NCBI GenBank assembly: GCA_937926025.1 | Contig: CALANQ010000394.1 | Coordinates: 1 to 40,289, forward strand | Direction: 5' to 3' | Source: an uncultured Acidimicrobiales bacterium | Lineage (GTDB): Bacteria; Actinomycetota; Acidimicrobiia; Acidimicrobiales; Iamiaceae | DNA length: 40,289 nt | Shown here: positions 16,857 through 23,952 of the stretch, piece by piece | Numbering within the stretch: position 1 is the first letter of the stretch | Layout: every line of letters starts with the position of its first letter | Position numbers and translations under genes: made by a program | The notes under the pieces: generated by a model | The model's database searches: none | What the model saw: the letters and a program-made list of their open reading frames with translations, nothing else | What the model was told of the DNA's origin: nothing

Positions 16857-18610
16857 GCGAGCCGTTCCCGTTCTCCGCCGTGGTCGGCCAGGACGAGGCC
16901 AAGCTCGCGCTCCTGCTGGCCGCCGCCGAGGCCGGCCTGGGCGGGGTGCTGCTGCGGGGGGACAAGGGCTCGGCCAAGACCACCCTGGCTCGCGGCCTGG
17001 CCGCGCTGCTGCCGGGCGACGCGCCCTTCGTGGAGCTGCCCCTCGGCGCCACCGAGGACCGGGTGGTCGGCTCGCTCGACCTGGCCTCGCTGCTGCGCGA
17101 CGGCACCCCCGAGGTGCGGCTGGGCCTGCTGGCGGCGGCCCACGGCGGCGTGCTCTACGTCGATGAGATCAACCTGCTGGCCGACCACCTGGTGGACGTC
17201 CTGCTCGACGTGGCCGTCAGCGGCGTGAACCGCATCGAGCGCGACGGCGTGGCCCACGAGCACCCGGCCCGCTTCGTGCTGGTCGGCTCCATGAACCCCG
17301 AGGAGGGCGAGCTGCGGCCCCAGCTGCTGGACCGGTTCGGGCTCTGCGTCGATGTTGCGGCGCCGACCGACCGGGCGGTCCGGGCCGAAGCCGTCCGCCG
17401 CCGTCTGGCTGCCGATGCCGACCCGTCGTCGCTGGCCGCAGCGCGGGCCGACGACGCCGCCCTCGCGGCCCGCCTCGTCGACGGGGCGCGGGCGGACGTG
17501 CCCGACACCGTGATCGACCTCGCGTGCGCCGTGGCGCTGGAGGTGGGGGCCGAGGGCCTGCGAGCCGACCTGGTCCTGTGCCGGGCGGCCGCCGCCCACG
17601 CCGCCTGGCGGGGCGCCACCGAGGCCGACGACGACGACCTGCGCGCCGTCGCCCCGCTGGTGCTGGGCCACCGTCGTCGCCGGTCGCCGCTGGACCCGCC
17701 GGGCATCCCGCCCGACGAGCTGGACGGTGCGTTCGACCGAGCGGCCGACGACCTCGACCCGTCCCCTCCGTCGGATCCGGCACCGGGCGACTCGGCGCCG
17801 CCCGCGCCGGCCGTAACCGCGGCGGCGCCACCGGAGCTCCGGCTGCCGAGCGCCCGCTCCGACGCCCGGGCGGGGCGGCGGGGGAGCGCGCCGTCGGACC
17901 GGGGCCGGTTCGTTCGGGCCGCCGACCCGCTCTCGGCCGACGCGGTCGGGGGCTCCGTTGCGGTGGCGGCCACCGCGGTGGCCACCGCCACCCGGCGAGC
18001 GGCCGACGGCACCGCCTCGGTGGAGCCGTCGGACCTGCGGCGTGCCGTGCGGGAGCAGCGCACCGGCACGCTCGTCGTCCTGTGCGTCGACGCCTCGGGC
18101 TCCATGGGCGCGGACCGGCGGATCGAGCTGGCCAAGGGCGCCGTGCTCGGCCTGCTCACCGACGCCTACCAGCGGCGGGACCGCGTCGCCCTGGTCACCT
18201 TCGGGGGCGACGGCGCCACCGTGGTGCTGCGGCCGACGGCCTCGGTGGAGATCGCCCGGGCCCGGCTGGGCGAGGTGCCCACCGGGGGCACCTCGCCCAT
18301 CGCCGAGGGCCTCGACGCGGCGCTGGCCCTGGTGACCGGCAGCTCCGGCGACCACGGGCTCGACCCGCTAGTGGTGGTGCTCACCGATGGCCGGGCCACC
18401 GGGTCCGACGATGCCGTGGCCCGCAGCCAGGCCAGCGCCGCCCGCCTCGCTGCCGCCGGCGCCATCACCGTGGTGGTCGACGCCGAGACCGGCACGCCCC
18501 GCCTCGGACTGGCCGCCGAGCTGGCCGCCGCCGCCGGTGGCGCCTGCCTGCCGCTCGACGGTCTGGTGGACGGGTCGCTGGAGCGCACGATCCGGCTGCA
18601 GCTCCGGTGA
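16853..18610 (+). CDS. ChlI/ChlD-type chelatase ATPase subunit (AAA+ fused to vWA), partner of CobN
   Basis: FPFSAVVGQ, GDKGSAKTT, LPLGATEDRVVGSLD, LYVDEINLL, MNPEEGELRPQLLDRFG, Pro-rich linker, DASGSM MIDAS motif, DAYQRRDRV, LTDGRA. Confidence 0.92.
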   Translation: MSEPFPFSAVVGQDEAKLALLLAAAEAGLGGVLLRGDKGSAKTTLARGLAALLPGDAPFVELPLGATEDRVVGSLDLASLLRDGTPEVRLGLLAAAHGGVLYVDEINLLADHLVDVLLDVAVSGVNRIERDGVAHEHPARFVLVGSMNPEEGELRPQLLDRFGLCVDVAAPTDRAVRAEAVRRRLAADADPSSLAAARADDAALAARLVDGARADVPDTVIDLACAVALEVGAEGLRADLVLCRAAAAHAAWRGATEADDDDLRAVAPLVLGHRRRRSPLDPPGIPPDELDGAFDRAADDLDPSPPSDPAPGDSAPPAPAVTAAAPPELRLPSARSDARAGRRGSAPSDRGRFVRAADPLSADAVGGSVAVAATAVATATRRAADGTASVEPSDLRRAVREQRTGTLVVLCVDASGSMGADRRIELAKGAVLGLLTDAYQRRDRVALVTFGGDGATVVLRPTASVEIARARLGEVPTGGTSPIAEGLDAALALVTGSSGDHGLDPLVVVLTDGRATGSDDAVARSQASAARLAAAGAITVVVDAETGTPRLGLAAELAAAAGGACLPLDGLVDGSLERTIRLQLR

Positions 18611-20082
18611 TCGGCCCCGGCCTGCGCGGCGCGCTGCACGTCAGCGGCTGCACCAGCGATGCCGGGAAGTCCACCGTGGTGGTCGGCCTGTGCCGGCTGC
18701 TGGCCCGCAACGGCGTCTCGGTCGCGCCGTTCAAGGCCCAGAACATGGCGCTCAACTCGTATGTCACCCGAACCGGCGACGAGATCGGCCGGGCCCAGGG
18801 CGTCCAGGCCCTGGCCGCCGGGCTGGATCCGACGGCGGCCATGAACCCGATCCTGGTCAAGCCCACCACCGACCGCGCCTCGCAGGTGGTGGTGATGGGC
18901 CAGCCGATCGGCGTGATGACCGCGGCCGAGTACCACGAGCACAAGCCCCGCCTGCGGTCCCTCGTGCTGGAGGCGCTGGCCGACCTGCGCTCGCAGCACG
19001 ACGTGGTGCTGCTGGAGGGGGCCGGGTCGCCCACCGAGATCAACCTGCTCGCGCACGACATCGTCAACCTGCGCCTTGCCGTCGAGGGCGGCATGCGGGC
19101 GATCGTGGTCGGCGACATCGACCGGGGTGGCGTGTTCGCCCACCTCTACGGGACCGTCGCCCTGCTCCCGCCCGAGCTGCGGGCGACCGTGGGCGGCTTC
19201 CTCATCAACTGCTTCCGCGGCGACCCGGCACTGCTCGGCGACGGGACGGCCCAGCTCGAAGCGGCGTGCGGCGTGCCGACGCTGGGCGTGCTGCCGATGC
19301 TCGACGGCCTGTGGCTCGACGGCGAGGACTCCGTCGCCCTCGGCCGCCCCATCCCGTCGGCCGGCCCGCCGCGGGCCGACCCCCTGGAGGTGGTCGCGGT
19401 CCGCCTGCCCCGCCTGTCCAACTACACCGACCTCGACGCCCTGGCCCTGGAGCCGGGCGTGTCGGTCCGGTACGTGGCCGACGCCGCTTCGATCGGCCGG
19501 CCCGACCTGGTCGTCATCCCGGGATCGAAGGAGACCGTGCGGGACCTGGCGTGGCTGCGGGCGAACGGCATCGACGAGGCCATCGCCGCCAGCGGCGCCG
19601 ACGTGCTGGGCATCTGCGCCGGCTACCAGCTGCTGGGCGACACCATCACCGACGACGTCGAGTCCGCCTCCGGCACCGTCGCCGGCCTCGGCTGGCTGCC
19701 GGGCGTGACCACCACGTTCGGTTCCGAGAAGGTCCTCCGCCAGCACGACGGTGCGGACGCGAGCGGCTACCAGATCCACCACGGCCGGGTGACCGGTCCC
19801 GTCGACGCCGGCTGGGTCCCGCTCGACGACGGCGACGAGGGCACCGTCCGCCCCGACGGCCGGGTCCGGGGCACCACCCTCCACGGCCTCTTCGAGCACG
19901 ACGCCTTCCGCCGCCGCTTCCTGGTGGACCTCGCCGATCGCCGGGGCACGGGCTTCGCCCCCGCCGACGTGGTCTTCGCCGAGGCGAGGACCGCCCGCTT
20001 CGACACCATCGCCGACGCCCTCGAAGCCCACCTCGACCTCGACGCCCTGGGCGAACTCATTAACGAAGGATGCCTTGTCTAG
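18607..20082 (+). CDS. cobQ: Cobyric acid synthase
   Basis: GCTSDAGKS, PFKAQNMALNS, MNPILVKP, EGAGSPTEINL, DIDRGGVFA, SNYTD, PGSK, GICAGYQLLG, LHGLFE. Confidence 0.96.
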   Translation: MIGPGLRGALHVSGCTSDAGKSTVVVGLCRLLARNGVSVAPFKAQNMALNSYVTRTGDEIGRAQGVQALAAGLDPTAAMNPILVKPTTDRASQVVVMGQPIGVMTAAEYHEHKPRLRSLVLEALADLRSQHDVVLLEGAGSPTEINLLAHDIVNLRLAVEGGMRAIVVGDIDRGGVFAHLYGTVALLPPELRATVGGFLINCFRGDPALLGDGTAQLEAACGVPTLGVLPMLDGLWLDGEDSVALGRPIPSAGPPRADPLEVVAVRLPRLSNYTDLDALALEPGVSVRYVADAASIGRPDLVVIPGSKETVRDLAWLRANGIDEAIAASGADVLGICAGYQLLGDTITDDVESASGTVAGLGWLPGVTTTFGSEKVLRQHDGADASGYQIHHGRVTGPVDAGWVPLDDGDEGTVRPDGRVRGTTLHGLFEHDAFRRRFLVDLADRRGTGFAPADVVFAEARTARFDTIADALEAHLDLDALGELINEGCLV

Positions 20083-20112
20083 TTCGTCAGACCTTTTCAC
20101 TACCTTCTGTGC

Positions 20113-20373
20113 ATGCCACGAATCTCGGCCTTCTACGGCATCGTCATCGTCATGTACTTCGCCGATCACCCGCCGCCCCACTTCCACGCCCGGTACGGGG
20201 AGCACGAAGCACAGATCCTCATCGCGACGGGCGAGGTCCTCGAGGGCTTCCTGCCCCGCCGGGCGCTGAACCTGGTCCAGGAGTGGACGGCCCTCCATCG
20301 GTCTGAGCTCGTGACCGACTGGAACCTGGCTGAGCGAGAGGAGCCGCTGGTTAGCATCGAGCCGTTGCCATGA
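20113..20373 (+). CDS. DUF4160-family protein (HicA-like, putative toxin)
   Basis: MPRISAFYGIVIVMYFADHPPPHFHARYGE...EW...W...IEPL, a typical DUF4160 pattern; ATGA-coupled to a DUF2442 gene. Confidence 0.9.
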   Translation: MPRISAFYGIVIVMYFADHPPPHFHARYGEHEAQILIATGEVLEGFLPRRALNLVQEWTALHRSELVTDWNLAEREEPLVSIEPLP

Positions 20374-20630
20374 CCGCCCCGTACGAGATCACCGCCGTCG
20401 AGCACCTCGGCGGGTACCGCCTCCGGCTGTCGTTCGCCGATGGTGTCGTCGCCGAGGTCGATCTCGCCGATCGCGTGGGATCGGCGGTCGGGCCGATGCT
20501 CGCACCCTTGTCGGACGTGAGCTACTTCGCTCGGGTCGCCGTCGATGTGGACCTCGGCACCGTCGTCTGGCCCAACGGTGCCGACCTGGCGCCCGACGTG
20601 CTCCACGACCTGGCCCTTCGCTGCGCCTGA
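20370..20630 (+). CDS. DUF2442-family protein (putative antitoxin)
   Basis: ITAVEHLGGYRLRLSFADG, F..V.VD...GTVVWPNGADLAPDVL. Confidence 0.9.
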   Translation: MTAPYEITAVEHLGGYRLRLSFADGVVAEVDLADRVGSAVGPMLAPLSDVSYFARVAVDVDLGTVVWPNGADLAPDVLHDLALRCA

Positions 20631-20636
20631 CCGCGC

Positions 20637-21038
20637 CTAGCGGAGGGCGGTGGAGGGGTGCCTCGGGGCCTGTTCGGCGAGGGCGACGGTGACCCCGGTG
20701 CCGACCTGCTTGGGGAGGAGGAGCACCTCGGCGTTGGCGGCCAGGAGCGCCGCGGCCTCGGCCACGCTGGTGGTGCCGGCCCGCTCGCCGACGGCAGCCG
20801 ACGGGTTGGGCACGGTGACCCGGGCCAGGTCCGACGGCTCGTAGAACGAGAAGGGCAGGCGGCGGTCGTGCCGCAGGGCGGCGACGGCGGGGTGGTCCCG
20901 CCGGCGGACCGTGGTGGCCACGTGGACGACGTCGGTCCAGCCGCAGTCGATGGCGCTGAGCGCCTCGTCGATGGCGGTCCGCACATCGTCGGCGGACGCG
21001 TCCCGGGTGAGGCCGAGGCCCACGACGACGTCGGTCAC
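20637..21038 (-). CDS. Stand-alone CbiG C-terminal domain / CobE-like cobalamin biosynthesis protein
   Basis: VVVGLG, VAT, VPNPSAAVGERAGTTSVAEAAALLAA, LLPKQ...VTVALA. Confidence 0.85.
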   Translation of the reverse strand: MTDVVVGLGLTRDASADDVRTAIDEALSAIDCGWTDVVHVATTVRRRDHPAVAALRHDRRLPFSFYEPSDLARVTVPNPSAAVGERAGTTSVAEAAALLAANAEVLLLPKQVGTGVTVALAEQAPRHPSTALR

Positions 21039-22213
21039 CGCTGGCCCCAGCTGACGAACACCGGGTTCTGGGCGTCGAGCCGGAACCCGTCGGCGATGGG
21101 CACCGCCCGCGACGCGCTGATCTGGACGGAGTCGCCGAGCAGCGTCCACGCCTCGGCCGCTCGGTCCACCAGCACGTGGGTGGCCACCAGCACGCCGCCC
21201 GGAGCCAGGGCGTCCCACGCCGCGCGCACTGCTTCCATGCCGCCGCCGCCCACGAACACCCGGTCGGGCTGAGGGAGCCCGGCGAACGCGGCCGGGGCCG
21301 ACCCGACCACCACCTCGACGGCGACCCCGTGGCGCTTGGCGTTGGCCCGGATGCGCTCGGCGTCGTCCTCGTTGCGCTCGACGGCGATGACCCGCAGCCG
21401 GGGCGACAGCCGGGCGCACTCGATGCCCACCGACCCGCTTCCGGCGCCGACGTCCCACAGCACGCCGTGGCGGGGGAGGGCCAGCTTGCCGAGGGCGACG
21501 GCCCGCACCTCGGACTTGGTGATGAGCCCGCCGCGGTGGTCGAACGCCTGCTCCGGGAGACCCCAGCTGAGAGCGGGCTCGTCGGGAGCGACCGGGGTCG
21601 GGTCCACGAGCAGCACCACCGACATGGGGTCGAAGGTACCGGCGGCGAGGCCGTCGAGGTCGGTGCGGGTGACGGCCTCGCCCGCTTCGCCGAGCCGGGT
21701 GGCCACCGCCACCGACCGGGCCGGGCAGCCGTCGGCCACCAGCGCCTTGCCCAGGGCCTCCGGCGGGTTCTGCGGTGCGGTGAGCACGGCCACCTTCGGG
21801 AACCGGGCGACGGCGTCGACGGCGGCGTCGATGGGTCGGCCGTGGGCGGAGACCACGACGGCGTCGTCCCAGTTCTGCCCGATGCGCCCGAACGCCAGCG
21901 CCACCGACGAGGGCGCCGGATGGACCACCAGCTGGTCGGTGCCGAACCGCTCGCCCAACAGGCGCACGATCCCGAAGAACCCCGGGTCGCCGGAGGCGAC
22001 CACCGCCACGGCGTACCCGTCGTCGACGCGGGCGGCCACCTGGTCCAGCGCGGCGTGCAGGGGGCCGGCCAGCTCGATGTGCTCCTGGGCCATCGCCAGC
22101 CGCAGCTGCTCGCGGTGTCGGGGCGCGGCCACCACCACCTCGGCGTCCACCAGGGCATCGGCGGCCGCTCGGCCGAAGGCCTCGCCGCCGTGGAGGCCGA
22201 CGACGGTGATCAC
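21035..22213 (-). CDS. cobL: Precorrin-6B C5,15-methyltransferase (decarboxylating), CbiE-CbiT fusion
   Basis: ASGDPGFFGI, PAPSSVALAFGRIG, VSAHGR, GLITKSEVRA, LWDVGAGSGSVGIE, PDRVFVGGG, NPVF. Confidence 0.95.
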   Translation of the reverse strand: MITVVGLHGGEAFGRAAADALVDAEVVVAAPRHREQLRLAMAQEHIELAGPLHAALDQVAARVDDGYAVAVVASGDPGFFGIVRLLGERFGTDQLVVHPAPSSVALAFGRIGQNWDDAVVVSAHGRPIDAAVDAVARFPKVAVLTAPQNPPEALGKALVADGCPARSVAVATRLGEAGEAVTRTDLDGLAAGTFDPMSVVLLVDPTPVAPDEPALSWGLPEQAFDHRGGLITKSEVRAVALGKLALPRHGVLWDVGAGSGSVGIECARLSPRLRVIAVERNEDDAERIRANAKRHGVAVEVVVGSAPAAFAGLPQPDRVFVGGGGMEAVRAAWDALAPGGVLVATHVLVDRAAEAWTLLGDSVQISASRAVPIADGFRLDAQNPVFVSWGQR

Positions 22214-22983
22214 GTGACGGCGTCCCGGAAGCGGGTGGCGAACGCCGGGTCGTACACGTGGCTGCGGTCCACGCAGGCGTCGGGACCGGGCCGCAGCGCC
22301 TCGCCCACCAGCACGAGGGCCGACATGGTGATGCCCCGCTGGGTGAGCTCGGCGGCCAGGCTCCCGAGGGTGGTGCGGACCAGCTGCTCGTCGGGCCAGC
22401 TGGCCCGGTGGACGATGGCCGCGGGCGTGGCCGCGGTGAACGCGGAGCCCGACCCGAGCAGCACCTCCTGGAGCCGCTCGGGGTCGCCGGCCGACAGGAA
22501 GAGGGCGAGCAGTCCGCCCTGCGCCGCGTGGGCGGCGAGGTCGTCGCCGGGTCCGAGCGACTTCGCGGTGCGGCGGGCCAGCCGGGTGAGCACCACGGTC
22601 TGGGAGATGCCGGGCACGGTCAGCTCGGTGCCCAGCGCGGCGGCCGCCGCGGACACCGACGACACGCCGGGCACCACCTCGAAGGGGCGGTCGTGCGCCA
22701 GGCACCAGGCGATCTGCTCGCCGATGGCGGAGTACCAGGCCGGGTCACCGGAGTGCAGCCGGACGATGCGGGCGTCGGGTCGGGCGGCGAAGGTGGCGGT
22801 GACGTCCTCGAGGGTCATGGCCTTGGTGTCCAGCAGCTCCACCCCGTCCCGGCAGTGCTCCAGCACGGTGGGCGAGACCAGCGACCCGGCCCACAGCACG
22901 ACGTCGGCCCGGACCAGGCGGTCGGCGGCCCGGAACGTGAGCAGGTCCGCCGCGCCCGGCCCGGCCCCCACGAACGAGATCAC
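22210..22983 (-). CDS. cobM: Precorrin-4 C11-methyltransferase
   Basis: SFVGAGPGAADLLT, WAGSLV, RLHSGDP, YSAIGEQ, PGVSS, ELTVPGISQTVVLTR, LFLS, RASWPDE, RSHVYDPAF. Confidence 0.95.
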   Translation of the reverse strand: MISFVGAGPGAADLLTFRAADRLVRADVVLWAGSLVSPTVLEHCRDGVELLDTKAMTLEDVTATFAARPDARIVRLHSGDPAWYSAIGEQIAWCLAHDRPFEVVPGVSSVSAAAAALGTELTVPGISQTVVLTRLARRTAKSLGPGDDLAAHAAQGGLLALFLSAGDPERLQEVLLGSGSAFTAATPAAIVHRASWPDEQLVRTTLGSLAAELTQRGITMSALVLVGEALRPGPDACVDRSHVYDPAFATRFRDAVT

Positions 22984-23900
22984 GACGCCGCCTCGTCGGC
23001 CGTGCCGGCGCCGCCCGCGGGGCCGGCGGGGGCGATCAGGCACGCCAGGTACGACGCCGACTGGTCCACGAACTCCGAGGCCGGGGCCACCCGGGCCCCT
23101 GGCTGACCGAGGAGCTCGCCCACCACGGCGGTCTCGGCCGTGCCCCGGGCGGCGAGCTTGGCGGCGATGGCAGGGATGCCCCGCCCGCCCCGGTACAGCA
23201 CGAGGCTCTCGTCGGTCCGGGCGAGGGTGTCGTCGACCAGGTCGTCGACCTCGGTCGCGTCACGGCTGACGTTCACGATGCGGATGCTCTGGTGTTCGTC
23301 GCCGATGACCGTCCCGGACGCCGCCGCCAGCTCCTGGAACGCGGCGATGCCGGGCACCACCTGCACGGGGGTCTCGGGCCGGACCGCCCGGACAGCGGCG
23401 GCGAGGCGGGGGAACACAGAGAACAGGCTCGGGTCGCCGATGGTGAGGAACGCCACCACCTCCCGGCGGTCGAGCCGCTCGACCAGCGCCTCGGCGGCGG
23501 CGGCCAGCGAGGCGGTCCGCTCCTCGTCGGTGCCGGAGATGTCGATCTCCAGGCGCAGCACCCGCAGCGGGTCGCTCCCGGCCCGGGCCACCGCCTCGGC
23601 CCGGCCGATGGCGTCGGGGCTGATGGCGGCGGCCACCACCGTGTCGGCCTCGGCGATGACGGCCCGCGCCCGCGGTGTGAGCAGGTCCGACGCACCCGGC
23701 CCGACGCCCACGCCCACCAGCAGCGGGCCCTGCCGCCGCGACGGCTCGGCCACGGCGCCGGCGGAGCCGGCGTTGGTCTGCTGGACGGCCAGCTCGATGG
23801 CGCCCCGGATGAACTCGGCCTCGGACCGGCCCGAGCGGGCGGCGGCGTCGGCGAGCGCCTCCTTGAGCTCGTCGGACAGGTACACCGAGGTCTTCCGCAT
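22980..23900 (-). CDS. Ribbon-helix-helix (CopG-like) domain fused to a CobI/CbiL-like tetrapyrrole methyltransferase domain
   Basis: N-terminal MRKTSVYLSDELKEALADAAARSGRSEAEFIRGAI (RHH pattern), an Ala/Gly linker, then LVGVGVGPGASDLLT, FLTIGDPSLFS, VVPGIAAF, LYRGGR, GELLG, SYLA. TACCCT -10 box 6 nt before ATG 23900. Confidence 0.85.
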   Translation of the reverse strand: MRKTSVYLSDELKEALADAAARSGRSEAEFIRGAIELAVQQTNAGSAGAVAEPSRRQGPLLVGVGVGPGASDLLTPRARAVIAEADTVVAAAISPDAIGRAEAVARAGSDPLRVLRLEIDISGTDEERTASLAAAAEALVERLDRREVVAFLTIGDPSLFSVFPRLAAAVRAVRPETPVQVVPGIAAFQELAAASGTVIGDEHQSIRIVNVSRDATEVDDLVDDTLARTDESLVLYRGGRGIPAIAAKLAARGTAETAVVGELLGQPGARVAPASEFVDQSASYLACLIAPAGPAGGAGTADEAAS

Positions 23901-23903
23901 GGA

Positions 23904-23924
23904 CGTAGGGTACTGCGTAGGGCA
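23904..23924. promoter_or_regulatory. Direct repeat CGTAGGGTA / CGTAGGGCA (12-bp period) in the divergent promoter between the RHH fusion gene and cobA-hemD; candidate operator
   Basis: Seen directly. Overlaps the minus-strand -10 (TACCCT, 23912-23907) and the region expected to hold the -35 of the plus-strand TACCAT promoter (23940-23945). Confidence 0.65.
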
Positions 23925-23952
23925 TCGGCGGCTCTCCGGTACCATCGCCCCC

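Noticed and set aside
14675-18610. Apparent 1311-aa protein; similar long N-terminal extensions on the cobB, cobQ, hemL, GGDEF and HAD ORFs
   Set aside because: The extensions are Arg/Pro/Gly-rich off-frame reads of the upstream gene. The real starts are the coupled ATGA/GTGA/TGATG overlaps, so these are not fusions.
16853-18610. Magnesium-chelatase-like gene as evidence of photosynthesis
   Set aside because: It is coupled to cobN and cobQ and there are no bch/chl/puf genes in the window. It is the cobaltochelatase ATPase partner.
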